Notes: generated by a model not told the origin, from the letters alone. A DNA stretch of 16,176 nucleotides from Elusimicrobiota bacterium (GCA_043819795.1 JBDREN010000198.1:1-16176), one strand, 5' to 3'; shown: positions 1-9,512, counted from the first letter of the stretch. Program-made: numbers and translations.

Positions 1-14
1 GCGGCGCTGCTCCG

Positions 15-1247
15 ATGGGCGGCGCCGGTGGCGGCGGCGGTGGCGGCGCCATGGATTTCTTCGGCGCGGGCGCCGGCGGCGGCGGCGCCGGTGGCGGCGC
101 GGGCGGGAACTTTGTGCCGCAGGGCGCTCAGGCCCCCGCCGCAGGCGCCACATACACGAAAAAAGCGAAGCGCAAGGAGATCGAGGCGCAGCAGCAGAAG
201 CATTTCGAGGCGGCCGAGACCTACCACTCGGGGGCCGTGGAGCCGCTCCTGAGCCGCGAGAAGGCCGGCACCCTGCAGTTCCAGACGGATGTCAACTCCG
301 CGGCCGACACGCTTTCCTCTTTGGACGACGCCGTGGTCGCGGGGAGCAAGAGCTTCGCGGACCTTCCGGCGGCCCACTCGGTCCTGATGGACACGCACCA
401 CCTCATCTCCGACCCCTCGAGCGGCAGCGACATGGGGGGGCTGGAGCCGCGCCTGCGCACCGCCAGCCAGGACATCTCGTCGGCCGGCACCAACCTGGAG
501 CGCTTCCCCACGGCCTGCGAGTTCAACCCCACCGTCACGCGTCCGGTCGGCCCCCGCTACCAGAAATGCACGGGCCAACGCCGGGTCTGCGACGGGTATG
601 ATAAGGGTTACGGGGGATGCCGGACCGAGCGGACCGGCTGCACTTGGGTGCAGGATACCGAGACGGTGCAGCTCGATTTGCGCAAGTCCATCGTGATGGG
701 CCAGGACCTCATGGCGGGCGCGGTGCGCCGGTCCGTGAACGTGCGCAGGGAGGCGCACGCCGGCATCCCCCTCGTGGACGACAGCTTCGGGCCGATCGTC
801 GCCGACTTGAGGGCGGCCCGGCAGTACGGGCGCGCGAACCAGCTTGAGGGCCTCTCCGACAGGATCAGGCGCGACCTGACGAAGGTGACCGACCTCATCG
901 CCGAGGACCCTCCCATCGGCTCGGTCAGCGGCCAGCAGAGCCCCCACGATAAGATCCGGGCCGCGGCGGACAGCGGGCACCGGAAGTTCAGGGATCTCAA
1001 TGAGGAGGTCAGCGCCAAGCATCTCACCTATCCCGAGCACGCCAGCCGCCGGTACCTGCTCGTCCACGCGGGGGACGCGCTCCTGCATTCGCGCAACGCG
1101 TTGACCTACGTCAACGGCATGAGGGGGCAGCCGCAGGACACGCTCATGACCTTGATCAACTCGATGGAGACGTCCACCAAGGCCTACATCGAGATCTGCG
1201 ACAGCAGCGACAACCTGAAGGACCTCGCGGCCCGCGCTCCGCAGTAA
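15..1247 (+). CDS. Hypothetical protein, probably 5'-truncated by the window edge; Gly-rich linker, Cys-rich segment, predicted helical remainder
   Basis: 410-aa ORF whose frame is open back to base 3. Third codon positions are strongly G/C, like the neighbouring genes. It ends TAA at 1247, followed by a hairpin. No family recognised. Confidence 0.75.
   Translation: MGGAGGGGGGGAMDFFGAGAGGGGAGGGAGGNFVPQGAQAPAAGATYTKKAKRKEIEAQQQKHFEAAETYHSGAVEPLLSREKAGTLQFQTDVNSAADTLSSLDDAVVAGSKSFADLPAAHSVLMDTHHLISDPSSGSDMGGLEPRLRTASQDISSAGTNLERFPTACEFNPTVTRPVGPRYQKCTGQRRVCDGYDKGYGGCRTERTGCTWVQDTETVQLDLRKSIVMGQDLMAGAVRRSVNVRREAHAGIPLVDDSFGPIVADLRAARQYGRANQLEGLSDRIRRDLTKVTDLIAEDPPIGSVSGQQSPHDKIRAAADSGHRKFRDLNEEVSAKHLTYPEHASRRYLLVHAGDALLHSRNALTYVNGMRGQPQDTLMTLINSMETSTKAYIEICDSSDNLKDLAARAPQ
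18..107 (+). repeat. Low-complexity GGC/GGT-rich tract encoding a poly-Gly/Ala linker
   Basis: Encodes GGAGGGGGGGAMDFFGAGAGGGGAGGGAGG; ggcggcgccggtggcggcg occurs twice. Confidence 0.8.
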
Positions 1248-1256
1248 TCCATGCCG

Positions 1257-1281
1257 GCGCCGCAGGATTGCCCTGCGGCGC
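1257..1281 (+). terminator. Perfect 10-bp GC-rich stem-loop just after the ORF1 stop (terminator-like or 3'-stabilising hairpin)
   Basis: GCGCCGCAGG-attgc-CCTGCGGCGC begins 9 nt after the TAA. No U-tract follows, so it is not a canonical intrinsic terminator. Confidence 0.5.
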
Positions 1282-1385
1282 TCAGCCCGCTGCGTTATCG
1301 GGAACTCCATCGCAAGATCGCCGTCAGCCTTCCAGCGCCCGGGGCATGCGTCGTGCGGGCGATCCTTTCCCCCACCGCCCACGGT

Positions 1386-1405
1386 GCCGGCGCCGGCGTT
1401 TTTTT
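1386..1405 (+). terminator. Possible weak intrinsic terminator
   Basis: Palindrome GCCGGCGCCGGC (1386-1397) followed by a run of seven T (1399-1405). The stem is short. Confidence 0.3.
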
Positions 1406-1406
1406 G

Positions 1407-1412
1407 TATGAT
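1407..1412 (+). promoter_or_regulatory. Putative sigma70 -10 element for ychF
   Basis: TATGAT in an AT-rich patch 17 nt before the ychF ATG; no clear -35. Confidence 0.4.
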
Positions 1413-1429
1413 AACGCCTGCGCCGAGAT

Positions 1430-2500
1430 ATGGAGATCGGAATCGTCGGCCTTCCGAACGTCGGGAAATCGACGCTCTTCAACGCGCTGACCGCCGGGAG
1501 CGCGGCCAGCTCCAACTATCCTTTCACCACCATCGAGCCCAACGTCGGCGTCGTATCCATCCCCGACGAGCGTCTTGCCCGCCTGGCGGAGATATTCAAG
1601 CCCGAGAAGACCACTCCGGCCACGGTCCGCTTCGTGGACATCGCCGGGCTCGTCAAGGGAGCCGCGCGGGGAGAAGGTCTGGGCAACAAGTTCCTTTCCC
1701 ATATCCGGGAGGTGGACGCGATCCTGCACCTCGTGCGTCTCTTCTCGGACCCGGACGTCGTCCACCCGATGGGGGCCGTGGACCCGCGCCGCGATATCGG
1801 GATCATCGAGGCCGAACTGCTCCTGGCCGACCTGGCGAGCGTCGAGAAGCAGATCGAGAAGCTCGCGACCAAGGCCCGCACCGGCGAGAAGGAGGCCAAG
1901 GAGCGGCTCGGCACTCTCGAGAGGCTCAAGGCGGGGCTCGAGCGGGGCCTTCCCGCGCGCGGCCTCGGCCTGGGCGCGGAGGCCGTCCGGGACTTCTTCC
2001 TGCTGACGGACAAGCCCGTCCTCTACGTGGGCAATGCCGATGAGGCGCCCGCTCCGAAGGAGCTCGAAGACTTCGCGGCCGCGGCCCGGGAGCGGGGCTC
2101 GGAGTCCTTGACCCTGTGCGGGAAGATGGAGGCCGAGATACTCCAGCTGCCCGTCGAGGAGCGTGCGCCGTTCCTCGCCGAGCTCGGGGTGGAGAAGACC
2201 GGCATGGAGCGCGTCATCCTCGCGGCCTACCGGCTGCTGGGCCTGCGGAGCTACTTCACCCGGGGCCCGGTGGAGGTCCGAGCCTTGGCCATCCGGGAGG
2301 GGACGAAGGCGCCGCGGGCCGCCGGGCTCGTGCATACCGATTTCGAGAAGGGCTTCATCCGCGCCGATGTCTATTCCTTCCGGGATATCGACGCGCACGG
2401 CTCGGAGGCGGCTCTGCGCGAGCAGGGGCTGATCCGCTCCGAGGGGAAAGACTATGCGATCCGAGAAGGCGATGTCTGCTTCTTCAAGTTCTCCAGATGA
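1430..2500 (+). CDS. ychF: Obg-family ribosome-associated ATPase YchF
   Basis: G1 GLPNVGKS, NYPFTTIEPN, G3 DIAGLVKGA, GEGLGNKFL, G4-like NADE, and a C-terminal TGS domain (APRAAGLVHTDFEKGFIRA...EGKDY). Confidence 0.97.
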   Translation: MEIGIVGLPNVGKSTLFNALTAGSAASSNYPFTTIEPNVGVVSIPDERLARLAEIFKPEKTTPATVRFVDIAGLVKGAARGEGLGNKFLSHIREVDAILHLVRLFSDPDVVHPMGAVDPRRDIGIIEAELLLADLASVEKQIEKLATKARTGEKEAKERLGTLERLKAGLERGLPARGLGLGAEAVRDFFLLTDKPVLYVGNADEAPAPKELEDFAAAARERGSESLTLCGKMEAEILQLPVEERAPFLAELGVEKTGMERVILAAYRLLGLRSYFTRGPVEVRALAIREGTKAPRAAGLVHTDFEKGFIRADVYSFRDIDAHGSEAALREQGLIRSEGKDYAIREGDVCFFKFSR

Positions 2501-2504
2501 CGCC

Positions 2505-3674
2505 GTGAAGGTGGAGCCGCGCTGCCGCCACTTCGGCGAGTGCGGCGGCTGCCGGCTGCAAGGCGTGTCCTACGAGAGCCAGGTCGCCCAGAAGGGGGCC
2601 GACCTCGAGGGCCTGCTGAGCCGTGTCCACTGGCAAGTCTCGGTGCCCATGCACCCCTCCCCGGAGCCGTGGCACTACAGGAACAAGATGGAGTTCTCGT
2701 TCCAGGACGTGTTCCCTCATCCCGGAGAAGGCGAGGATTACCTGCTGTTGGGGCTGAAGGTCCGCAACCGGTGGGACAAGGTCATGAACCTGTCCGAGTG
2801 CCACCTGCTCTCGCCGGAGGCCCCGGGGCTCCTCGCCGCGGTCCATGCCTGGGCGCTGCGGGAGAGGCTCGAGCCCTACAACCTGCACAAGCACACGGGC
2901 TTTCTGCGCCATCTCGTCGTCCGCGAGGGGAAGAACGCGGGTCAGCGCCTGGTGAACCTGCTCACGACCGAGGGGGAGCTTCCAGCGGAGAGCTTCGTGT
3001 CGGCCGTGCTCTCGGCCTACCCGGCGACGACGGTCCTGAGGGGGGTGCACACCGGCAAGTCCGACATCGCGGTCTCCGAGAGGCTCGAGACGCTGCACGG
3101 CCCCGGCCACATCTACGAGGAGGTCCTGGGCAGGCGGTTCCGCGTCTCCCCCTACTCGTTCTTCCAGACCAACACCCGGGGCGCCGAGTTCCTCTATGGG
3201 CTGGTCCGCGCCTGGCTGGAGGACCTAAAGCCGACGAACCTGCTCGACCTCTACTGCGGCGGCGGCGGCATCAGCCTGTCGGTGGCGGACCTCTGCGAGC
3301 GCGTCATGGGGGTGGAATCCGTCGAATCGGCGGTCGAGGACGCGCGCCACAACGCGGCCGAGAACAAGATCGCCAACGCGGAGTTCATGGCCGCGAAGAC
3401 CGAGGATATCCTGCCCGGCCTGGCGGCCCAGAAGGTCGATGTGGACGTCGTGATCATCGATCCCCCTCGTTCCGGGATGCATCCGAAGGCCGCGGCGGCG
3501 CTCAAGGAGCTCGCCGCCCCGTCCATCATCTACGTCTCCTGCAACCCGAAGGCGATGGTCGAGGACCTGCGGCGGCTCTCCGAAATCTACGACCTCATTA
3601 AGGTGGAGGGAGTGGACCTCTTCCCCCATACCGACCACATGGAGGCCGTCGCCCTCCTGCGGCGCGTCTACTGA
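2505..3674 (+). CDS. rlmD: 23S rRNA (uracil-C5)-methyltransferase, RlmD/TrmA family, no N-terminal TRAM domain
   Basis: Fe-S motif CRHFGECGGC plus a later C (SECHLL), YRNKMEF, SFFQTN, SAM motif LDLYCGGGGI, DPPRSG, catalytic YVSCNP, DLFPHTDHME. Start placed at GTG 2505; exact start uncertain. Confidence 0.88.
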   Translation: MKVEPRCRHFGECGGCRLQGVSYESQVAQKGADLEGLLSRVHWQVSVPMHPSPEPWHYRNKMEFSFQDVFPHPGEGEDYLLLGLKVRNRWDKVMNLSECHLLSPEAPGLLAAVHAWALRERLEPYNLHKHTGFLRHLVVREGKNAGQRLVNLLTTEGELPAESFVSAVLSAYPATTVLRGVHTGKSDIAVSERLETLHGPGHIYEEVLGRRFRVSPYSFFQTNTRGAEFLYGLVRAWLEDLKPTNLLDLYCGGGGISLSVADLCERVMGVESVESAVEDARHNAAENKIANAEFMAAKTEDILPGLAAQKVDVDVVIIDPPRSGMHPKAAAALKELAAPSIIYVSCNPKAMVEDLRRLSEIYDLIKVEGVDLFPHTDHMEAVALLRRVY

Positions 3675-3800
3675 GCCCCGGGGGGATAGGCTCCTCGACG
3701 CGGATCCGTTCCAGCTCGCGGAAGCCTTTTAAGGGATTGGATCATATATCCCGGGAGCGAAGGCGCCCGAGCGGGGTTCATGGCGGCCCCCCTCCGTATG

Positions 3801-3809
3801 TGATAAAAT
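3801..3809 (+). promoter_or_regulatory. Extended -10 promoter (TGnTAAAAT) for the pcrA-gat operon
   Basis: TG-a-TAAAAT ends 9 nt before the pcrA ATG; AT-rich island in GC-rich DNA. Confidence 0.6.
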
Positions 3810-3818
3810 CAACGACGG

Positions 3819-5993
3819 ATGGCCTCCGACCTCGAGCAGCTCAATCCCGAGCAGAGATCCGCCGTCGAGCATCATGGCGGTCCGCTGCTCGTGCTGGCCG
3901 GCGCCGGCACCGGAAAGACCCGGGTCATCGTGCACCGTGTCGCGGCGCTGCTCCGCCGGGGAGTCCCGCCGGCACGCATCCTCGCGGTCACCTTCACCAA
4001 CAAGGCCGCCGACGAGATGCGCCAGCGCATCGACGGCCTCGTCCCCGGCAAGGGGGGGCGGGCCTGGGTCCACACCTTCCACGCCTTCGCCGCGCGCGTC
4101 CTGCGGCGGCACGCCCGGGAGCTGAACCTCACGCCCCATTTCACAGTCTACGACGCCGACGACCAGAAGCGGGTCGTCGTGGAGGCGCTCAAGGACCTGG
4201 GCCTGGCCGGCGAGAAGAACAAGGTCGGCCTCTACGTCGCCGTGATCTCCCGCGCGAAGGACGACCTGCTCGACGCCCGGTCCTACTCGATCTACGCGAT
4301 GGCGCAGCGCGACGCGTTCCGCCAGACGGTGGCGCAGGTCTACGAGCTCTACCAGCGCAAGCTCGACGCCCTGGGCGGCCTGGACTTCGGGGACCTGCTG
4401 CTCAAGACCACCGAGCTCTTCGCGGGCGACGCCGGGGTCCGCGCCTACTACCAGGAGCTTTTCGAGCATGTCCTCGTCGACGAGTACCAGGACACGAACC
4501 ACGCGCAGTACATCATCACGAAGACGCTCGCGGCCCGGCACCGCAACCTCTGCGTCGTAGGGGACCCCGACCAGTCGATCTACGCGTGGAGGGGCGCGCA
4601 CATCCGCAACATCCTCGAGTTCGAGTCGGACTTCGCCGACGCCAAGGTCGTGAAGCTCGAGCAGAACTACAGGTCCACCCCGAACATCCTCAACGCGGCG
4701 GGCGCGGTGATCCGCAACAACCGGCAGCGCCACGCCAAGACGCTCTGGACGAAGGCCGCCGAGGGCGACCCGGTCCAGGCCGAGGAGCTTCCGGACGAGC
4801 GCGGCGAGGCGCGCTGGGTCGCGGGCCGCGTCATCGGCCTGGTCGACGAGGGGGCCTCTCTCAGCGAGATCGCGGTATTCTACCGCACCAACGCCCAGAG
4901 CCGCTCGTTCGAGGAGGCCATGACCCTGGCGCAGGTCTCGTACCGGGTCGTGGGCTCCATGCGGTTCTACGAGCGAAAGGAGATCAAGGACATCCTGGCC
5001 TACGCCCGGGCGGCGCTCAACGAGGCGGATTCGATCTCGCTGACGCGCGTCCTCAACGTCCCGTCGCGCGGCATCGGCAAGGCCGCCGAGGAGGCTCTCA
5101 AGCGGTACGCGCGCGACGAGGACGTGTCGCTGAGGGAGGCGCTCGCCCGCGGGGAGTCGGTCCCGAAGCTGTCGGCCGTCGCCCGGCGCGGCGCGCGCGA
5201 GCTGCACCACCTCCTCGACGGGCTTTCCGAGGATATCCGCTCTCTTCCTCCCGGCGAGGCCATGGGAGCCGTGATGCGGCGCAGCGGCTATTGGGACTGG
5301 GTCGAGAACGCGGTCGAGTCCGACCCGGACGCGGCGAACCGGCTGGGCAACCTCCAGGAGCTTCTCAACGCCGTCCAGGAGTCCCAGGAGCGGGGAGTTC
5401 CAGAGGAGCCCCCCGCGGGCGGCGGCGACGAGGGAGCCCGCCTCGAGCGCTTCCTCGAGCAGGTGGCTCTCAAGAGCGGCGTCGACTCCTACGAGGCCGG
5501 GGCGCCGGCCGTGACCCTGATGACCGCGCACCTGGCCAAGGGGCTCGAGTTCCCCATCGTATTCGTCACCGGGCTCGAGGAAGGGCTGTTCCCGATCGCG
5601 GCCGGCAACGCCTCCCGGGACGAGCTCGAGGAGGAGCGCCGGCTGTGCTATGTCGCGATGACGCGGGCCAAGGAGCGGCTGTTCCTGACGCATACCGCGA
5701 CGCGGCGTCTTTTCGGCAGGGTCTATTCCAACCTGCCCTCGCGCTTCATCCTCGAGGCGAGGCTTTTCGGCTCCCGCGAGGAGGAGCTCCCCGCTTTGGA
5801 GGCGCCCGCCCCTTCGGCGCCCGTCCCGCTCATGAGGGCCAGGAAGGGGATGCGGGTGCGGCACCCGGAGTTCGGGCCTGGCCGCATCGTCGAACTTTCG
5901 GGCTCGGGCGAGACGATGAAGGTCGCCGTCCTTTTCGACAACGGACAGACGAGGAAGCTCCTGGTGCGCTACGCGCCCTTGGCCGCGGCTTAG
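3819..5993 (+). CDS. pcrA: ATP-dependent DNA helicase PcrA/UvrD (SF1A)
   Basis: Q motif LNPEQ, Walker A AGAGTGKT, TFTNKAA, DEYQD, VGDPDQSIY, LEQNYRST, HLAKGLEF, EERRLCYVAMTRAK, and a C-terminal Tudor-like domain (RVRHPEFGPGRIV). Confidence 0.96.
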   Translation: MASDLEQLNPEQRSAVEHHGGPLLVLAGAGTGKTRVIVHRVAALLRRGVPPARILAVTFTNKAADEMRQRIDGLVPGKGGRAWVHTFHAFAARVLRRHARELNLTPHFTVYDADDQKRVVVEALKDLGLAGEKNKVGLYVAVISRAKDDLLDARSYSIYAMAQRDAFRQTVAQVYELYQRKLDALGGLDFGDLLLKTTELFAGDAGVRAYYQELFEHVLVDEYQDTNHAQYIITKTLAARHRNLCVVGDPDQSIYAWRGAHIRNILEFESDFADAKVVKLEQNYRSTPNILNAAGAVIRNNRQRHAKTLWTKAAEGDPVQAEELPDERGEARWVAGRVIGLVDEGASLSEIAVFYRTNAQSRSFEEAMTLAQVSYRVVGSMRFYERKEIKDILAYARAALNEADSISLTRVLNVPSRGIGKAAEEALKRYARDEDVSLREALARGESVPKLSAVARRGARELHHLLDGLSEDIRSLPPGEAMGAVMRRSGYWDWVENAVESDPDAANRLGNLQELLNAVQESQERGVPEEPPAGGGDEGARLERFLEQVALKSGVDSYEAGAPAVTLMTAHLAKGLEFPIVFVTGLEEGLFPIAAGNASRDELEEERRLCYVAMTRAKERLFLTHTATRRLFGRVYSNLPSRFILEARLFGSREEELPALEAPAPSAPVPLMRARKGMRVRHPEFGPGRIVELSGSGETMKVAVLFDNGQTRKLLVRYAPLAAA

Positions 5994-6281
5994 ATGGCGA
6001 TCACCGACGAAGATGTCAAGCACGTGGCGCGGCTCGCGCGGCTGCGGCTGACGGCCGAGGAGACGCGCCTTTATCGGGGGCAGCTCGAGCGCATCCTCGA
6101 ATACATGGCGCAGCTCGACGAGCTCGACACCGTGGCCGTGCCGCCCACCGCGCACGTGCTCGGGCTGCGCAACGTGCTGCGCGAGGACGAGGCGCGCCCC
6201 TCCGTTCACCGGGAGGGATTCCTGGAGAACGCCCCCGCGTCGGAAGGCCCGTATCTCAAGGTGCCGAAGGTGATCGAATGA
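5994..6281 (+). CDS. gatC: Asp-tRNA(Asn)/Glu-tRNA(Gln) amidotransferase subunit C
   Basis: 95 aa; ITDEDVKHVARLARL...LDELDT...NVLRED...NAP...YLKVPKVIE; gatA and gatB lie downstream. Confidence 0.96.
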   Translation: MAITDEDVKHVARLARLRLTAEETRLYRGQLERILEYMAQLDELDTVAVPPTAHVLGLRNVLREDEARPSVHREGFLENAPASEGPYLKVPKVIE

Positions 6282-7576
6282 GAGCCGCCGGGCTTCTCTC
6301 GTGGTTCCGGCTCGTCCCCATATGCGCGGCGGCGTTGGCGCTGTGGCTCGCCCCGCGCGCGGAAGGGCGGCCGGCGGCCGGGCCGGAGCTCCTCGCCCAG
6401 AGGAAGGCGCCTTCCGGCGAGAAGGCGGGACCGCTCCGGAAGGGGAAGGGGCGCGCACGTCGACCGAGTCAGGGGCCCGGCCGCGAGGCCCTCGAGGCGA
6501 TGCGCGAAGGGGTCCGGGCCTACACGCAGACGCGCTTCGACGAGGCGGTGGAGCTCCTCACGAAAGCCCTCGAGCTGCACCCGGGCTGGAAGACCGCCGC
6601 CGGGTTCCGAGCGATATGCCTGTGGACGACCGGGGACATGGAGGGCGCCCGGCGCGACGCGGGTCTGGCGGCCAATCTGCGCCCGGACAGCGCCCAGTCG
6701 TTCGTCGCCCGCGGGTTCGCGCGTTTCGTCAGAAGGGAGATGGATCTCGCCGCGAAGGATTTCGTCAGCGCGGCGAAGAGCGATCCCAAGAACCCCTTGG
6801 CCTACTTCGGCATGGGAAGCGTCCGCAGCTCGGAGGAGATGCTGGATGAGGCGCTCACGAACCTCGATATCGCCGTCAAATTGGCGCCGGAGGCGGCCGT
6901 GGTGCGCGTGGTGCGGGGCACGGTCCGGGAGAAGCGGCGGGACTACGCCGGGGCGGCCGGGGACTATACGCGGGTCATCAAGCTGAACCCCGAGTTCATG
7001 TGGGCCTTCTACTACCGGGGCCGCGCCTACCGGGAGACGAAGGAGTACCGGAAGGCCGTCTCGGACTTCTCCCGTTTCCTGAAGCACAATCCCGACTTCG
7101 AGCGGGCGCTCTACTACCGGAGCAACGCCTATTTCCTGAGCGGCGACTTCGAGAGCGCGGTCGAGGACCTGAACCAGGTCATCGCGCTCAACCCGCGCCA
7201 CGGCCTGGCCTACGCGAACCGGGGGACGGCCCGCATGGAGCTGGGCGACCGCGACGGCGCTTTGGAGGACCTGAATCGCGCGGTGGAGCTGTCGCCGGAG
7301 AAAGCGGGCAATATCCGCGACGAGATCGACCGCATCCGGTCGGGCGAAGCCGATCGGGGCGAGGCGTCCTCGGCCGGCATCGCCGCCGAGCCGGACCTGC
7401 CCGTGGTGCTCCCGCTCGAGCCGCTGCCTCCCGAGGAGCCGGACTCCGACGAGGAGGACCGGCTGCTGCCCGATCGCCCGGCGAAGGCTACTCGGCGCGG
7501 CGCGCCCCCGGCGCGGCTGCCGTTCGACGCGGAGCGCGACGATTCGGGCGAGGGCGGGGCCGAGGCCGGGCGGTGA
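6278..7576 (+). CDS. Tetratricopeptide-repeat protein with predicted signal peptide and acidic/Pro-rich tail (432 aa)
   Basis: ATG overlaps the gatC stop (ATGA). Hydrophobic N-terminus ends in APRAEG. About 34-aa repeats include [26 protein letters not shown] and [30 protein letters not shown]. It is the 3' part of the track ORF 3737..7576. Confidence 0.9.
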   Translation: MRAAGLLSWFRLVPICAAALALWLAPRAEGRPAAGPELLAQRKAPSGEKAGPLRKGKGRARRPSQGPGREALEAMREGVRAYTQTRFDEAVELLTKALELHPGWKTAAGFRAICLWTTGDMEGARRDAGLAANLRPDSAQSFVARGFARFVRREMDLAAKDFVSAAKSDPKNPLAYFGMGSVRSSEEMLDEALTNLDIAVKLAPEAAVVRVVRGTVREKRRDYAGAAGDYTRVIKLNPEFMWAFYYRGRAYRETKEYRKAVSDFSRFLKHNPDFERALYYRSNAYFLSGDFESAVEDLNQVIALNPRHGLAYANRGTARMELGDRDGALEDLNRAVELSPEKAGNIRDEIDRIRSGEADRGEASSAGIAAEPDLPVVLPLEPLPPEEPDSDEEDRLLPDRPAKATRRGAPPARLPFDAERDDSGEGGAEAGR

Positions 7577-9057
7577 GCGGGAACGGGGACGTCACGAGCC
7601 TGAAGGCGGTCGAGATCGCCGGTGGGGTGCGGGAGGGCAGGCTGCGCGCCGAGGAGGTCGCGCGCGCGTTCCTGGACCGCATCCGGACGCGCGACAAGGG
7701 GATCGGCGCGTTCCTTCGGGTGCTCGAGGAGACGGCGCTCGCCTCCGCCCGCGCCGTGGACGATAAAGTCCGCGCGGGGGAGCCCGTGGGCCGCCTCGCC
7801 GGGGTCCCGGTGGCCGTAAAGGACAACCTGCTCGTCGGCGGCGCCGAGGCGACCTGCGGGTCGAGGATACTGGAGGGCTACCGCGCCTTCTTCGACGCGA
7901 CCGCGGTCGAGCGCCTCGCGGCGGAGGACGCCGTGATCGTGGGGAAGACGAACCTCGACGAATTCGCCATGGGCTCCTCGACCGAGAACTCCGCCTTCTT
8001 TCCGACCCGGAACCCCTGGAATACCGATCACGTGCCGGGCGGCTCGAGCGGCGGGTCGGCGGCCGCGGTCGCGGCGCGCCTGGCGGCGCTGGCCGTGGGC
8101 TCGGACACCGGCGGCTCCATCCGCCAGCCCGCCGCCCTCTGCGGCGTCGTCGGGCTCAAGCCGACCTACGGGGCCGTTTCGCGCTACGGGCTGGTGGCCT
8201 TCGCCTCCTCGCTCGACCAGGTGGGGCCGCTCGCACGTTGTGCCGAGGACGCCGCGCTGTGCCTGAGCGTGATCGCCGGGCACGACCCGAAGGATTCGAC
8301 GTCGGCTCCCGGCGAGCGGCCGGACTATCTCGCCCAGAGCGAAGGGGGCCTCGCGGGCCTGCGGGTCGGCGTCCCGAAGGAGTACTTCCAGGAGGGGCTC
8401 GACCCCGAGGTCGAAGGCGCCGTCCGCCAAGCCGCGGAGGTCCTGGCGGGACTCGGCGCCGGGGTGCGGGAGGTGTCGCTGCCGCACACCCGCTACTGCG
8501 TGAGCGCCTACTACATCATTGCCCCGTCGGAAGCCAGCGCCAACCTGGCCCGGTTCGACGGCATCCGCTACGGGCGGCGGATCGCGGACAACGGCGGCTC
8601 TGGGGGCCTGCTGGCTCTCTACGAGGACAGCCGGGGCGCCGGCTTCGGCGCCGAGGTCAAGCGCCGCATCATGCTCGGGACCCACGCGTTGAGCTCCGGC
8701 TACTACGACGCCTATTACCTGAAGGCGCAGAAGGTGCGCACGCTGATCCGGCGGGATTTCGACGCGGCTTTCGCCGGGGTGGACATCCTGCTGACCCCGA
8801 CGGCCCCCTCGCCGGCCTTCCGCTTCGGCGAGAAGACGGCCGACCCTCTGCAGATGTATCTTTCCGACATCTACACGCTTCCGTGCAACCTGGCCGGCCA
8901 CTGCGGGATATCGGTCCCCTGCGGCCTCACCGCGGCCGGCCTGCCGATCGGTTTGCAGCTCATGGGCCGGCCTTCGGAGGAGGGCCTGCTGCTGAGGGCC
9001 GCCCGGCGGTTCGAAGAGGCGCGGCCGCTGCCGGTCTGTCCGGAGGGGACGCCGTGA
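7573..9057 (+). CDS. gatA: Glutamyl-tRNA(Gln) amidotransferase subunit A (494 aa)
   Basis: GTG overlaps the upstream stop (GTGA). Amidase signature [43 protein letters not shown], plus [11 protein letters not shown] and [20 protein letters not shown]. Confidence 0.97.
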   Translation: MSGNGDVTSLKAVEIAGGVREGRLRAEEVARAFLDRIRTRDKGIGAFLRVLEETALASARAVDDKVRAGEPVGRLAGVPVAVKDNLLVGGAEATCGSRILEGYRAFFDATAVERLAAEDAVIVGKTNLDEFAMGSSTENSAFFPTRNPWNTDHVPGGSSGGSAAAVAARLAALAVGSDTGGSIRQPAALCGVVGLKPTYGAVSRYGLVAFASSLDQVGPLARCAEDAALCLSVIAGHDPKDSTSAPGERPDYLAQSEGGLAGLRVGVPKEYFQEGLDPEVEGAVRQAAEVLAGLGAGVREVSLPHTRYCVSAYYIIAPSEASANLARFDGIRYGRRIADNGGSGGLLALYEDSRGAGFGAEVKRRIMLGTHALSSGYYDAYYLKAQKVRTLIRRDFDAAFAGVDILLTPTAPSPAFRFGEKTADPLQMYLSDIYTLPCNLAGHCGISVPCGLTAAGLPIGLQLMGRPSEEGLLLRAARRFEEARPLPVCPEGTP

Positions 9058-9512
9058 GGGCTCCGTCCGCCGGGAAGAACGGCCGCGCCCGGGAGTTCTC
9101 CGCGGGCGGCGTCGTGACGCGCGGGGGCACGGTGCTCCTGATCCGCATGCGCACGCTGAGGGGGGGCCACGTCTGGACCTTCCCGAAGGGGCATGTCGAG
9201 GCGGCCGAGACCCCCCGGCGGGCCGCCTTGCGCGAGGTGGCCGAGGAAAGCGGCTACGAGTGCGTCGTGCTGGCGCCGCTGGGGCTCGTGCGCTATTCGT
9301 TCGTCCGGAGCGGCGTTCCCGTGCGCAAGCGGGTCCGGTGGTACTGGATGCGGCCGCGCCGCCGGGTGGGCGAGCCGGACCCCGCCGAGATATCCGGGTG
9401 CAAGTGGCTCCCGTACGACGAGGCGAAAGGCCTGCTGCGCTACCCGGCGGATTTCCGCCTGCTCGAGGCCGTCCGCCGGAAGCGGGAGCCAGGCGGGGGC
9501 GGGGCGCGATGA
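9054..9512 (+). CDS. Nudix hydrolase, Ap4A-hydrolase-like (152 aa)
   Basis: GTGA overlap with gatA; SAGGVV and WTFPKGH, then Nudix box [23 protein letters not shown]. Substrate is inferred only. Confidence 0.9.
   Translation: MRAPSAGKNGRAREFSAGGVVTRGGTVLLIRMRTLRGGHVWTFPKGHVEAAETPRRAALREVAEESGYECVVLAPLGLVRYSFVRSGVPVRKRVRWYWMRPRRRVGEPDPAEISGCKWLPYDEAKGLLRYPADFRLLEAVRRKREPGGGGAR

Noticed and set aside
3675..3800. Possible terminator or sRNA between rlmD and pcrA (GGGAT...ATCCC, GGGG...CCCC stems)
   Set aside because: Stems are short or imperfect with no adjoining U-tract; not distinguishable from chance.
3737..6277. N-terminal ~850 aa of the 1279-aa ORF (apparent giant TPR fusion)
   Set aside because: Off-frame overlap with pcrA and gatC; the real gene starts at the ATGA overlap at 6278 with a signal peptide.
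3729..6458. 909-aa minus-strand ORF
   Set aside because: Antisense shadow of pcrA/gatC; no motifs; expected in GC-rich coding DNA.
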